Positions 22,101 through 37,100 of a stretch of DNA of 64,000 bases are shown here, one piece after another. The position numbers were made by a program, and so were the translations under genes. The notes under the pieces are model-generated. The model saw only the letters and a program-made list of their open reading frames with translations. It was not told the origin of the DNA and ran no database searches. This DNA comes from Candidatus Berkelbacteria bacterium RIFCSPLOWO2_01_FULL_50_28 (lineage in GTDB: Bacteria; Patescibacteriota; UBA1384; 2-12-FULL-50-11), in the NCBI GenBank assembly GCA_001774395.1, contig MEZX01000002.1, positions 302,101 through 366,100 on the forward strand, written 5' to 3'. Positions within the stretch are counted from its first letter, which is position 1, and every line of letters begins with the position of its first letter.

Positions 22101-25100
22101 GTAATCGTTAAATCGTTACTGATAAACATTGGACCGTCGTTGCCTAATTCCCAAGCGCCACCAACACCGTTAAAGGTAAGATTGTAGAAAGGTGTGTTAT
22201 AGATTCCCTGACCGCCCAGGGTTTTGCCGGTACTCGTCGAGTCGAAAGTTACCGTCCCGGTACCGGCGGTGAGAGTACCGTCGTTGATATACGAACTACC
22301 GATAGTGAACGAGGCGGTTGATGATGCTTGCAAGACGCCGAAGCCAGTAATCGTCACATCGCCGTCGGCGTCGATGATTCGATCGTTCGTTTCGTTGTCT
22401 AAGGTGGTGCTGAAGGAGTCAGTGGCTTTACCGATCGTTAGAGTCCCACTGGTGATGATTGAGCCAGTATTAGTGCCGTTAGTGGTAACGGTTTTAGTGG
22501 CGCCAGATGCATTTTCAAATTTCAAATCCTGGAGAGTCCAACCATTGGAACCAGCGCCGGAATTGCCGAAAGTCTTAGAAGCGGCAATGACTCGCTGGAT
22601 TAAAATTGAGCCGGTTGTCATGGAATAGGTGCCATTACTGCCGTTAACACTGCCGGTGACGGTTAAGTCGTTGTAACCACCGGAGATCGTGCCGCTGTTA
22701 GTTAGGTCAAAGCTCATCGAAGCCGGGGTCAGCACGGCCAGAGTGGAGCGATTAGAAACTCCGCCGTCAAACTGCATTGTCCCACCAGATGGCACAGTAA
22801 TAATATCGCCGTCTTGCTGAACAGTAACAGTTTTGGTGGCGGTTGAAGTTGAGTTATCGGCGTCAAAGGCGGTAAAGGTGTAGGTAGCGTTCAAGGCATA
22901 CGGAGTAGCACCGCAATCGACAGTGAACTTGGTGTTAACAGCACCAGTGGAATCGGTAAACAAAGTTCCAGTCGTTAAGTCACCGACATCAGTACCATTA
23001 CGGTAGACATCCATCACTGCTTGGGAGGTGACACAGCTGGCGCCGACCCCAGCGGTCTTGGTAACTAAACGATACGCGTACGGGCCGGCCGACAAGTCGG
23101 CCGGAGCCGTCAGGTCATAGCTCAAATTGGTGTCTTCGGTACCGGTCCCAGAATACCTGTGAGCAGTAACAGATTTCTCCCACAAATTGTTGGCGTAATT
23201 GAACTTGTCGGTGTCTTCGTCCTGCGGCGTCTCGGCAGTGTCAGAAGGAATGGCGTACTCGCCCCAAATCTTGGTTGATCCCGCTACACCATCGTGCTTA
23301 CGAGAGACAATATACGATGCGGCAAGAGTCACCCCCGTTACTTCGGTACTGGAGGAGAGGGTGGTGTTGTAAAGCGAAAGGGTATGAGCGCCAACATTAC
23401 CAAAAACAATGTCAGCGACAGTGTTGGGGCTAGTACCATAAACATCGTCAATCACCACATTGCCAGTAGAGACTGTGCCCTCAACAGCTAAACCACGTGA
23501 TTGGCCTCCGCTTTGATTGCTGGTTAGGATGTTGTTGTTTGAGCCGTCGTAAAGACGGAAGCCATAATTAGTGTTATTGGTTGCGGTATTGGATTTAAAA
23601 GTGTTGTTATTGGAACTTAGATAGATAAAGAATCCCTCATCGGTGTTACTGGTGGAAGAATTGGAGCTCAAGTAATTATTAGAGGCGGAGACCAAGATAA
23701 TTCCATCGCTGCTGTTAGCGATGGCGCTGTTACTTGTCAGGGTGTTGTTGTAGGCATTAATGAGCTGAATGCCAACATCAACATTGCCGATGGCGGTATT
23801 GCTTGTCAGGGTGTTGTTGTATGAGCTGGTTTCAATAAGGATTCCTTTGGAAATATTACCGACAGCGCTATTACTCGTTAGGGTATTGTTGGAGCTGGTA
23901 GTGAGATTGATGCCACGCTGAGTATTATTATTAGCCGTATTGCTCGTCAAGATATTGCTGTTGCTGGAGTCGAGACGGATACCATAGAGAGTGTTATTGC
24001 TGGCCGTATTGCTCGTCAAAGTATTGCTGTTGGCACCTGAGATGAGACGAAAACCGTAATCAGCGTTGCCAGTGGCCGAACTGTTGGTGATACCCTTGGA
24101 ATTGCCAGTGTTATTGTTGGTAGTGGCGGACAGGTAAGCACCGTCGTAACCGTTACGCAAGCGCGACCGGTCGATCGTGATTCCTTCATTGGCGTTAGTG
24201 CCGTTGAGAGTGTAAAGCGATACCCCGTTTTTACTGAAAGTATTGCGACCTAAATTACAGATATCAGCATAAGTCATAGCTATTTCCGAGCCGGCGATGG
24301 CGTAGATATAGCTTTCGCCAGCTTCGTTGACTGCTGCTGTGCAGGCGACACCGTCTTCAGCTGTGACATTAGCGTAGTCGTAGATTTCAAACTGATCGCC
24401 GGGTCGGACACCATCAGAGATATCTACTGTGTCGCCGGAGGTAAACCCAGAGAAGACATCGGGTGACTCGATCACTTTGAGTAAATCGTCGGTACCAGTA
24501 CAGCTGGCGGAATCGTTGGCGGAGTCAACAATTTGGAAGTAGCCCTTAGTGCCGGTGAAATCTCGCATATACGAACCGATCTTTTGGTCGTTAGCGGTGA
24601 TGGAGTCGGGAATGCAGACAGCCATAATTGTGTTATTGAGGGAGAGAGTTCTGCTGGCGGAAACAACACTAGCAGTGGATGTATCTGCTCTGGTTATCGA
24701 GTCGTCGGTGGCGGTGTCGCATTGGGCATCGTTAACGGTGGTGGCAGTAATCGGGTAGATCTGGCCGATGGCTAGACCAGTCGTGGCTCGGACATGTTTA
24801 CTGGTATATCCGGCCGAGAAGTCAGCCGTCGCACAGAGCTTTGTTTCCCGGTTGTCGTAGTCGGTAATGGCAGTCGAGGTGGTCGCGGCCAGCGAAAGAG
24901 CGCCGGTGACATTGAGTTTGCCAGTCGAGGCAACTTCCACACCGGTATCTGATGCTGTCGCGGAAGATTTGGGAATCAGCTTAAGAATACCGTTTTCGTT
25001 AATAGTCAGCGTTCCTTGTCCGGAACCGGAAGACGCTCCAACATCAACAATACAGTTAGCACATTGAGTTGAAGTATCTTTGTTGACCTGCAGGGTGATG

Positions 25101-28100
25101 GTACTGCCTTCAGCCAGAGCATCCATTGTTTGGAGAATGCCGGTTTCGTTAGCATTAACGGCGATATCGATTCCGCCGTATACAAGGAGGTTATCCGCAT
25201 TACCATCACCGATTGTTACTGTCCCATTCCCAATTACTAAGGCATCGGCCGCCGGAGTGCCGGAAGTGGTATCTACCAGCAGCCGGTTTTGACTTGTCCA
25301 GCCCCCGCCGCCAGAGGCGTTATGGAATTTAAGTTTGTAAAATGCTGGGTCGGATTGGATGGTTTTACCGGAAGCAGTGGAATTCATAGTGACTGTGCCA
25401 GAATTAGGGGCGAAGTTAGAAACATTAGTTAAGTTACCACCGACAGTCAAGGCGAAATTAGAAGCGGTCACATCTAAAGCCCCCGTTCGAACGCCGAGGT
25501 TATTGGTAACAGTGGTATCTGCTTCCAATACATATGTTTCGTAAGTGGGGTGGTTACCAGCGGCTAGAGCGGAGGCTTCGGTCGAACTTAGTAGTCGGTT
25601 GTAAATACGGACATCATTAAAGGATCCTGCCGTTGCCTGACCAGCATCCAACCCGCCACAGACCGAGTCTTGTTCTTGACCAATCTCCAAGCAACCACCG
25701 CCAAGAATAACTGCACTAGCAGCAAAAGTGTTGGAGTAGCCAGATACACCATCCTTATAAACATCTAGCTGGCCATCGCTTGATCTCCAAGTAACAACGA
25801 CATGATGCCAAGCGTTATCATTAATATCTACCCCTGTTGCTCGCGATGAACCGTTGATGTAGACAGTAATGTTATTACTGTCAAATAGGAGGAAGGCGTT
25901 ATCTGACCCACTTGAAGCGTAAGAAATCATCCCATTACTCGTATCAGAGGTTTTTATCCAGAACGCCGCCGAGATTACAGTAGTTGGAAATCCACTATAA
26001 CTACTTTTTTCCATCTTATCGTCGTTACCGTCAAGGGTTACTCCATATGGGTCTGAGCCACTACCACCGTAATGATTGTTGCTACTTACCGATGTTGTCC
26101 AGGTGGGCAATCCGCCCGTTGCTCCTCCCAAGGTTCCGTCGTTACCGTTTCCAGACACATCAACCGCATTCGTACCCGTTCCTTCGTCCATTTTCCAATA
26201 TCCTTGCAGGCCATCATTGATTTCCAGATTGTAGTATGATCCTGAAGTAGATTGAATTGTGGTATTGCCACCAGCGTTGTTACCGGTGTATTTGAAGGTT
26301 GAAGTGGCGCCGGTCAGAACACCTAACGGCGAAGCTAAGATTTGGAACGGATCGCCACCGGTACCAGAGAGAGTCCAAGTTCTGTTTCCAGCATCGAGCG
26401 TGGTCGTTGCTCCGGCCGAGTCGCCAGACTTGCCGACTTTCAGGATATCCGAAACGGTAATGCCGCCCGTTCCACCAGTTTGGGTGGTAACGGTGAAAGG
26501 TGACGAGCCGTGAGAATTGGAGAATGTCAGGTCGTAAAAGGTCCAAGCCGCACTACCGGAAGTCGTCCCAAAGTTTTTGGCCGCCCCGACTCGTTGTTCG
26601 AAAGTTCCACCCGTCAATGATATTATCCCCGCTGTCCCTGCCACGGCCCCGTTAACAGTCACATTCTGCGTACCATTCAAAGTCCCGGCGGTCATCGTTA
26701 GGTCGTTGGCGACGATCACAGCAGCGTCGGGCGTAACTGTTCCGCCACTGCCGTTAAGAGTGATGTTGTAAAGCAATTGCCCATTCGGAGAATAAGTCTT
26801 AGTTCCGGAGGTGTTAGTCCAAGTGAGAGTGGAAGTACTAGCAGTAACCGCAATTGTGCCCGTGCCGTTAACGAATTTAACATTTCCTTTCACATCTATG
26901 TTCGCACTACCCATATTGAGAGTATGGGCACCGCAGTTACTTTCGACATATAACCCATCGCCAGTACCGCTCAAGGTGATCGTACTCGAACCCCAGTTGG
27001 CGGCTGTGCTTAGACAGCTACTGCCTGTCTGACCGAATTGATAAGTGGGTGAGGTAATATTGTAATTCTGAGTGTTGAAAATCGAATCTCCACCAGATGA
27101 ATTAGCTTGTCGGAAGTAGAAGGAGGTAGTGAGATTGCCTCCAAGCTGGAAAGTAACGCCAGTGTTGGCACCGTACAGGTTGATACCCCACGAACCGTAG
27201 TTACCTCCAGCAACAGTGACAGTATACGGTCCTGCCGAGTTTGAATTGATGCCGATTGAGTTAATACCCGTAATAGTTGTAGGGCTAGCAAAAACTACAG
27301 GAGTATTATTAGTGCCGTTTACCCTGATATGAAACCAAGTTCCACCGCCACCATTAGTAACCGTTCCACCGTTGAAGGTAAGCTGACCCATCATTTGCCA
27401 GCCACCAGACCCAGAAGGAAATGTTGTGGTGAAAGTGGAGTACCCAACAGATAAGTGATTAAAGGATGCTGCGGCAGCAACAGCAATAGTACCAGTGCCA
27501 TTCAACGCCACAGTCGAAGTGCCGTAGACAAACTTCGTGCCGGTATCGTTCCAATGCCTTGATACCGTTATTGTTGAGCTTCCAGCCGTATAACTAACCC
27601 CAGCGGTATTGGCCAGAGTGAAGTCGCGGGTGACGGTCAGGGCGAGGTTGTTAGCAGTGACCGCTCCGTTAGTAACCGTAAAGTCGTTAGTGGCGATAGT
27701 CGCATCCTGGAAAGTCCAACCGCCACCGACACCGTTAAAGACGAGATTGTAAAAACTCTGCCCGTTGGAGGTGATCGTTTTGCCGGTGGTAGTGGCTGTC
27801 ATATTGACCGTCGAGGTGCCGGGTGATAAAATTAATGACCCTGTTCCATTTAAGTTCTGCCAGTTACCGCCAACATTTACGGTAGATGTATTCAGGTTCA
27901 CTGTGTGATTTCCTGCACTTGCATCGGCGTAAAAATTACCGGTCACATTTATAGTGCTTGACCCGAAGTTAGCTGTGGTATTTTGCAGCAACCACCCCGC
28001 AGAGCCAAATGTAAATGCGCCAACATTCAAAGTGTAATTCTGAGTATTAAACACTAAGCCAGTATTGTTACTGTCCAACCTAAAGGTTCCGGTGGTTGTT

Positions 28101-31100
28101 ACGGTGCCCCCTAATTGATAGGTTGCACTATTAGTATAAGAAGTGGTATTGAGATTCCAGTTTCCGTAATCACCGGCGGCAATGGTTTTCGTTGGGGTTG
28201 TTCCACCAGCTTGTTGATAAAAAGTCCCCCCTCCGGTCATTGCAGTCGGAGCGGCAAACACCATCGGTGTACAGCTACCACTACATTGAAGGTTTATCCA
28301 GACCGAGCCCGACTTGGTTAGTGTCCCACCGTTAACGGTAAAAGTATTACTTACCCGGATTTGGCTAGCGACAGTCGAAGTGAAAGTGGTATAAGCTAGC
28401 GAAATGTTATAGAACAACGAGCTATTGTTTAGTGCCGTTAATGTTCCCGTTCCGTTTAGTATCAGCGTCGAGGTTCCGTAGGCATATTTATATCCTGTGT
28501 CAGTGAAATGCCGGCTGACGGTGAGTGTTGATGAGCCGGCGATGTAGCTAACCCCTGAAGTATTGGCCAGCGTAAAGTCGCGGGTGACGGTTAGGGCGAG
28601 GTTGTTGGCCGTTACTGCACCGTTGGTAACGGTAAAGTCGTTGGTGGCGGCGACGGCGCTACTGTATGTCCAGCCGCCAGCCACACCATCAAAGACAAGA
28701 TTGTAGAAACTGGAGGCGCCGGTCATCGTGCCAGCTAAAGTGTTACCCGTCGCGGTGTCGGTGAACGAGGTGGTATTAGAGCCGGAGGTGAAAGTACCGG
28801 AGTTGGAGTAGTTGCCGCCGATGGAGAGGGCGAAGCCAGCCATATCCAAGACAGATGAGGCATCAATCCCCACTTGGCCTTGGTACGATGAGCCACCAGC
28901 GGGGGAGGTGGTGATTGTACCACCAGGCGCGAAGGTATTGTTGGTAACTTTTAGTTTCCAGTCGTTGTCGACAACGAGGTTACTGGTGGTAACGGTGGCG
29001 TGGATGTCGGTGTCGTTACCTTTGTCCCAGGAGTCGATATTAGTGTTAGTCAGTGAGCAGGTATTGTCGCATCTGGTAGTGAGACGATCTTGGTAGATGT
29101 GGATATTAGACAAAGCCGAACCAGTCGCTTTAGTAACAGTTGATCCAGTAATACCGCCAGCCGTGTCAAGGTAGATGGACAGAACATCGTTAGCGTTAGT
29201 GCCAGTGGTGAAAGTAAAGACGCCGGAACCGTTGGCGGTGGTAGTTTCTGTGGTCGTGCCGTTGATATACATGCGAACGGTTGGGCCGCTTACGACAGCA
29301 GTAGATTCGTCAGTCCCGTAAACAGTTCCCGTGACCGTGCCACTAAATGTCCAGTTAGTGTTGTTTTGAGCGTTGAAGTTCGTGCCGTCACTGGCAACGA
29401 TGGCGCTACCAGATGAAGCGTCCGAACGAGAAACATTGACATACGAGACAGCGATTTGAATGCCGGAAACATTCAGGAGCCAAGTACCGGTGATGGCACT
29501 GTTTCTAAAGTAAATTCTGGTGCCGATGGCGGCACCGTTCCAGTTGATATTAGCAACAGTGTAAGTGGCGGCTGATTCGTATTCCACCCGAACATTAGCA
29601 GTGGTGATGACATAGTTATTTGTCACCGTGGCCGCGGCATTGAAGTCTATCCCTGCTACCCAACCCGTTCGTTCGTTGTCAGAAGGAGAGGTACCAGAGC
29701 TGTTGGTGAGGGTGAGATTGTAGAAAGCCGAGGTAGTGGTCATTGTGCCGGAGAGGGTTTGGGTGGCCGAACCGTTCAAAGTGACAGTTCCGGTCCGGGC
29801 CGTAAATGTACCTGAATTACTGTAATTGCCACCGATCGTTAAGGCATACGGGGCGGCACTGACATCAAATGTTCCGGAAGTAATTGTAAAGTTGTTGGTA
29901 AAAATGGCCGCGCCGCCAAGAGTTAAACTGTTAGCTCCGGCCGCGATATTGCCGTTATAGAGCGAGAAGCCAGCTGGGGTGTAAGTCCGGGTCGAGTTGC
30001 TATTGAAATTAACGGTCGATGATCCACCGTCTAGGACCGCAATCTGGGCATGAGCGCTAGCAGTAAAGTCAACATTGGTCGTGAAGTTGAGTGTGGAAGA
30101 TTCTAAATTGAGAGTCCAACTTTCCAGGCCAGCACCCGCCGAGGTGATTAAGAAGCTACCAGAATTAACCGTACTGGCACCAAAGTTGACCGTCGCACTA
30201 CCAGTTGATCCTCTCGCACCCAGTGAAATGCCGGCAGTTGCAGTGACGGTGTTGCCGTTAGTATTGTAAACTCCGCCGGTGTAGGCATATGTTCCAAAGC
30301 TCCACCACTGAGAGGTGATAGTGGCGCCGGTTTGAGTGTAGGTCTGGTTGTTATTAGTGAAAGCAAAGTTCATCGACCAGTTGCCGTAGTCCCCAGCAGG
30401 AATAGTCATAATAGCTGAAGCACCAACGGGCCAGAAGTAAAACACGCCACCACCGTTAATTGTCGTCGCAGAGTTGAAGACGATCGGTGTACAAGTGCCG
30501 GTGCAGCCAGTGTTGACATAGCTTGCTCCGTAAGTCATCGTCCCACCGTTAAGTGCTAGCTGATTGGTAGTGCTGTTGCCGCCATTAATGCCCGAGCTAG
30601 TCGTAACAAATCCGGTGTACGCGACGCCCAAGTTGTAAAAACCGCTAGCACTTGCCAGTGTGCCAGTGCCGGTCATATTGACGGTTGAAGTGCCTTCAAC
30701 AAATTTATCGCCGTTATTAGTGAAGTGCCTCGAAACCGTAATCGTGCTACTTCCCGCCGTATACGAAACGCCGGAAGTATTGGCTAGCGTAAAGTCTCTC
30801 GTTACAGTCAGGGCGAGATTGTTAGCTGTGACAGCACCGTTGATGACCGTAAAGTCGTTGGTAGCGGCGACGGCGTTACTATAAGTCCAGCCACCAGCCA
30901 CCCCATCGAAAACAAGGTTGAAGAAGGCTGAACCGCCGGTCATGGTGCCGGCGAGTGTATTGCCGGTATCAGTGGCGTTGAAAGTAACGGTGCCAGATTG
31001 AGCAGTGAATGTGCCACCAGCGTTCGAGTAGTTATTACCAATTGTCAGGGCGAAGTTACCGGCTGTGACATCAAGCGTTCCGAGAGTGATGGTGAGATTG

Positions 31101-34100
31101 TTAGTAACAACGGTTGCTTCTTCAAGTACAAAGGCGTCGTCGGCGTTAATTTCAAGGTCGTAATACGAACCAGAGGTAGATTGGATGGTGGTATTGCCGG
31201 CGCCGTTAGCACCGGTGTAATAAAACTTCGATGTTCCGCCTGCCAGAACGCCGAGCGGAGAGGCTAGCAGTTGGAACGGATCGCCGGCAGTGCCACTCAA
31301 TGTCCAAATGCGATTACCGGCGTTGAGAGTTGTTGTTGCGCCAGCGGCGTCACCACTTTTACCAACCCTCAAGATACTACTAACGGTTATCCCCCCGCTT
31401 CCGCCAGTTTGGGTGGTGATCACAAATGGGGAGGATCCGTGAGAGTTAGAGAAAGTTAGCTCGTAAAAAGTCCAGGCATTTGAGCCAGACGATGTGCCAA
31501 AGTTTTTATTCGCCGCCACCCTGTTTTCAAAGGTACCACCTGTTAGAGTAATTATCCCTGCGGTACCTGCCGCAGTACCGTTAACGGTAACATTCTGGGT
31601 GCCGAGCAAAGTTCCGGCGGTCATGGTTAGATCGTTAACTACTTCGACGGCGGCGTTCGGCGTCCATTCGCCACTGGAACCGTTGAAGATTAAATTATTG
31701 AATTTACCGGTCGAACCGCTAAGCGTGCCTTGAATCGTGTTGCCGGTATCGGTGGCATTAAAGGTGACGGTGCCTGAATTGTGAGTAAATGTACCGGAAT
31801 TGGAATAGTTACCGCCAACAGTCAGGGCACCGCTAGTACTGGTAAGCTTGGCGCTGGCACTAATGGTTAGATCGCCCTGGGCATTAATAGTCGGGTTGTG
31901 TGTTGAACCGATACCGTGACCATCAACGGTTAGAGTGCCAGTGGCAGTAATGGTTTGGCTACTACCGGTGCCGATCGGGGTTTGAGAGAGACCGAGGCGA
32001 ACTTTTATAACTTTCCCAGGAGTGGTAAGCGTTCCGAAATAAGCCAAACCATTCGGTTGGTCGATTACGGCACTTATTGCACCCAATTCACCGCTATCAA
32101 ACGTGATCGCTCCGACGCGCGTAAAATCACTTAACTGGACTTTTACGACTCTGCCAGCGGTTTGACTTAGATCGTCGTAGGTTCCGAAGTAGGTCAGACC
32201 GTTAGGTTGGTCGATTACAGCGGAGTAAACCCTACTTTCCCCGGCACTGAAGGTTATCGCTCCGACGCGCGTAAAATCACTTAACTGGACTTTTACGACT
32301 ATGCCAGTGGTAGTAGCAGTGCCGAAGTAAGCAAAGCCGTTCGGCTGGTCTATAACTGCGCCAAATTGGAGATTATCTTCCCCGGCACTGAAGGTTATCG
32401 CTCCGACGCGCGTAAAATCACTTAACTGGACTTTTACGACTCTGCCAGCGGTTGTGTAGGTTCCAAAATAAGCGAAGCCGTTCGGCTGATCGATGACGGC
32501 GCTACGAATGCTGTTCTCACCAGTGTCGAGGGTTATGGCTCCAACGCGAGTAAAATTACTCAAGTTTATCTTTACTATTTTCGCGGGACTATCGTTAGTG
32601 CCGAAGTAGATAAAACCATTGGGCTGGTCAATGACACCTGGGGCGTAAATACTGCCCTCACCAGAGTTAAGAATAATTGATCCGACTCGCGTAAAGTCGC
32701 TTAAACGATACTTTATGATTCGTGAGGGGCTGTCGTTGGTGGCGTAGTAGGCGAAGCCATTAGGCTGGTCGATAACGGCGCCGAAATTATTGGTTTCACC
32801 GCTATTATTATTCAGCCCAGCAGCCCGAGCTAGGCCGTTGTTACCGCCGATTTTTAGTTGATTGTAATTAATGGACGGCGCTACAGCCCCTTCACCGGCG
32901 TAAACTACTGTTGATGTATCAGCCTGGAAAGTACCCTTGCTGGTTACATTTAACGGTGTAGTTGAGGGCGATCCAGATAAAGTGAGCGTGGTACTGCTGG
33001 CGGCAAAAGTATCGCTGACACTGGAAGAAGCGTTGCCGATTGTTAATTTCTGTTGAACGGTCGAGTTACCAACGGCCGTAAAGGTGGTAGCGTTACCGTC
33101 AGCGTTATTGCCAACAAGCAAGTTGTAATAAGTGGCGGCGGTAACATTTGTCGCACTGGTGCCGGCGTAGGAAACAGATGAGGTGCTGGGAGTGAAGGTA
33201 CCTGTCACAGTAAGCGGCGTCCCGCTGGCGGTTAAGGTGACGATTGAGCTACCGGCCGTCAGAGTACCGCCAGTAACAATGTTTAAGTTACCAGTGGATA
33301 GGTTGTAATTAGTCCAACCTGGAGCCAAAACCAGATTAGCGGTGTTGCTAGTAGTCCTGGTTATAGTTGTAGTTTTTCCAGATGCGACCGTTAAATTACC
33401 ACTGACATTGGCCGTCAAAACCGACGATCCCGAAGCAATAGTAGGATTGATCGTTAGATCACCGTTAACTGTTAGGCCAGGCGAGGCGGCATGATCAGTC
33501 CAGGTAATTAAATCAGTAGATTCCCAAACAACAGCGTCAGCAACCTGGTTGGTGGCGTCATGTCTTCCCCCAACAACATATTTTGCGCCATCATAGATTA
33601 TTGAATATGCCCATTGTTGTTCTACTCCAGCGGAAACGATCCGTGGCGTCCAGGTAATTAAATCAGTCGATTCCCAAGCAAAAGCATCCAAGGTCCCCAT
33701 AATATTGTCATAGCCTGTGGCAACGTATTTAGAACCTCCATAGATAACTGAATATAAAACCTGACCGCTCGTACCAGAAGCGACAGTTCGTGGTGTCCAG
33801 GTAATCAAGTCACTTGATTCCCAGACCAGACCGTCGCCGCTTCCAACACCTAAATCGTACCCAGCGACAACATATTTTGCGCCGTCGTAGATAATAGACA
33901 GTATATCTTCGGACCCTGCGCTATTTGCGACAGTCCGTCGCGTCCAGGAAATCAAGTCGGTCGATTCCCAAATATAAGCGTCGCAATTACCGAATCCACA
34001 AAAACCAGGAGTGACGGAGCTATCAGTACCGGCGGCAACGTACTTAGATCCGCCATAGGTGAAGGCATTTATTACTTGATGATTCGCGCCATTTGCGACA

Positions 34101-37100
34101 GTTCGTGGCGTCCAGGAAATCAAGTCGGTTGACTCCCAAACGACAGCGTCGTTAGTTCCAGAGGCGTCATCATTTCCTGCGACGATGTATTTTGAACCTG
34201 TGTAGATGATCGAAACTAGATTTTGACCTCCGGCGCCAGAAGCGACAGTTCGTGGTGTCCAGGAAATTAAATCCGTCGATTCCCAAACATAAGCGTCGTA
34301 AGTTCCAGAGGCAGCGTCCCCACCAGCAGCGACATATTTTGTGCCATCGTAGATCAGGGAAGATATAGTCTGGTTACCTGTGCCACCGGCCACGGTTCGC
34401 GGTGTCCACGAAACCAAGTCAGTCGATTCCCAAATAACAGCGTCAAAAGTCCCGGAGGCGTCGTCAAATCCCATGGCAATGTATTTGGAGTTTGCGTACA
34501 CAAATGAATTCACTCTCTGATTAGATGAACCGAGAGTATAGGTTCGGTTGGCAGTCAGAGTAGGCGTAATCTGGAGGTTACCGTAAACTGGTGCCTGAGA
34601 AACGGTTTGGGCAACATCAGAAAGATAACGCGTAGTCGAGGCGGAATTGAAAGCGTAGGTCTGGAAAGTAGGCATATTTCGAGTAGTAGTTTGAGTGGCA
34701 CCGGAATTGCAGGTGGCGTTAGTTGAGCCAGTTGTACCGCCAAGACAAAGCGTTGCGCCCGAAGCGATTGTTAGAGTACCGTTGGTCGCACCCGGACCGG
34801 TGATATTATTAGCATCAACATTGAAAACTCCAGCAGTGATAGTTAGGGCAGCTCCGGAAACATTATTTATCGTAACTGCCCCGCTCATATTAATAACGGT
34901 AGCGGTCGAATTGATTGTTAATTTATGAAAAGTGGTGGCGCCGGAAAGGAAAGTCGGTGTTCCGGAAGCGCTAGTAACTTTTACTTCTGATGTACCAACG
35001 GTGAAAGTACCAGCGCGAGTGAATAATGTACCAGAGATGCTCGTGAGGGTGATAACTGAAGACGCACTGGCGGCGTCAAGTGTTCCACCGGTAGCAATAT
35101 TAAGTCGACCGGTTGTGAGATTATAATCGGTTGAGCTTGGACGTACATCGATCTTAGAAGTGGCGGTGCCGGTTCGGGTGATAGTGGTCGCTTTAGTTGC
35201 GGCGACCGTGATATTGGCGCCCATGTTAACCGTTAGTAACTGGGTCCCGCTGGGCGAGATAGTAAAATTCCCGTTTATAGTTAGGGCGCTAGTACCGAAG
35301 GTGTATGTTCGCCCCGAAGTGGAAATGGCTGGGCTCAAAGTGAGGTTATAAAAAGTAATTGGGTTGTTGGAGGTGATTCCTCCAGAGGCATCTTTGTTCA
35401 TAACGACCGTTGAGGTGCCGGCATTAAAAGTACCAGTTTGAGTCCAGGAGCTTGCTGTTGAAGTGATAGTGGAGTTATTAGCAGTTAGCGTTCCTCCCGA
35501 TCCTGTGTTATCTATGTCCATCGTTCCAACCGATAGTGCGTAACTATTAGAGGCAGTTGTATTAACAACTGAAGCTCCGGTGCCGGTGCCAGTGATAGTT
35601 AAGGTTCTATTGGCCGCAATAGTAGTGGTACCGCCCAAATTGACGGTGAGAGTTTTAGTTGTCGAGCTGGCGGTGGGGTTAACTTGCATGCCACCGTTGA
35701 CGGTCAATGTACCGGTAGTGAGGGTGTAGGTTCGGTCGGCGGTGATAGTTGGAGTAATATAGAGGTCGGTGTAAGTGGTGTGTTGAATATCAGCAGTGCC
35801 ATCGCCGCTAAATACGGTCGTCGCCGGTGAAGTGAAGGTGCCTCCATCAATGTAAAGCGGTCGAGCGGTACCAGTGCCTGACTCATTTAGTGTTAGAGTT
35901 GCCGAGAAATCTCCGGGGATGCCTGTATAGGTACCCTTGATATGGAGCTTGGGCGTAGTTACTGACCCGCCGGGAGCAAAGGCTTTACTAGTTGGGATGT
36001 GCAGTTCGATACCCGACTCAAGAATCAAAGTGTCAGTGGCGGCATTTTCGGCGTCGTAAAGCATATCGGTATTGTTCTGGTCAGAGTCGTAATCAGTGAG
36101 GTTATCTATGACAATCGAGGAGCCAGTGGTGTAAGTAACTGATACTCGGTTTTCATAGAGATCTATACTGTAGGCGCCGTTGCTCTGAGCGACTAAAACA
36201 GTATTGGCTTTCATCGTTGAAGTCAGATATATCGTGACGCGGTCGCCGGAATTGACGGTTAGGCCGGTGAAGCTGAAAACAGCGGTAGTGTTACTGCAAG
36301 AGGCCGTGTTCTCGGCACCACCGTTGACGCGCAGACTAACATTTGTCGCCGCACCATCGCACGGCCCGCCATTACCGGATGTGCCGATAGTGGTTTCGTT
36401 GGCCATGTAAACCGTACCGGTAATAACGGCGGTAAAGCTCCAATTGGTATTGTTATTACCATCGTAGTTAGTTCCATTACCGGCGCTGATCGTACTACCT
36501 GAGGAAGCGTCTGAGCGTGAAACATTGACATAAGCTACATTGGTTTGAGTGCCGGAAACATTTAAAAGCCACGAACCACTAGCGGCCGAGTTTCTAAAGA
36601 AAATCCTCGTACCAACAGCCGCACCGTTCCAGTTAATATTGGTCATGGTGTAGGTCGAGCCGGTGTTGTATTCGACTCGTACCGATGCGACTGCGATAGT
36701 GTAGTTGTTGGTAACAGTGGCTGAAGCAGCAAAATCTATTCCGGCGACAAAATTTGTTCTTTCATCATCAGTTGCATCAGCCCCAGAAGCGTTAGTCAGA
36801 GTTAAATTGTAAAACGCCGAGGTGGTTGTCATCGTACCGGACAGGGTTTGGGCGGCCGCGCCGTTCAAAGTTACGGTACTGGTGCTAGCGGTGAAAGTGC
36901 CGTTGTTAGTGTAATTTCCCCCGACATTATAAGTAGTAGCACCACCCGAAGTGAGTGTGCCGTTAACTGTTAAGTTTAGGGTGGTTAGAGTTTCACTGCC
37001 ACCAACAGTCAAACTATTACTAGATAAAATGTCTAAGGTTTCGTCGGCATAACTACTAGTGGCATCAACCGAAATAGTGTTAGAGATCGCCTTGTACATA

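Noticed and set aside
31990-34520. CRISPR-like regularly spaced DNA repeats
   Set aside because: The units are in-frame 140-150 bp protein repeats with homologous spacers, and no cas genes are present.
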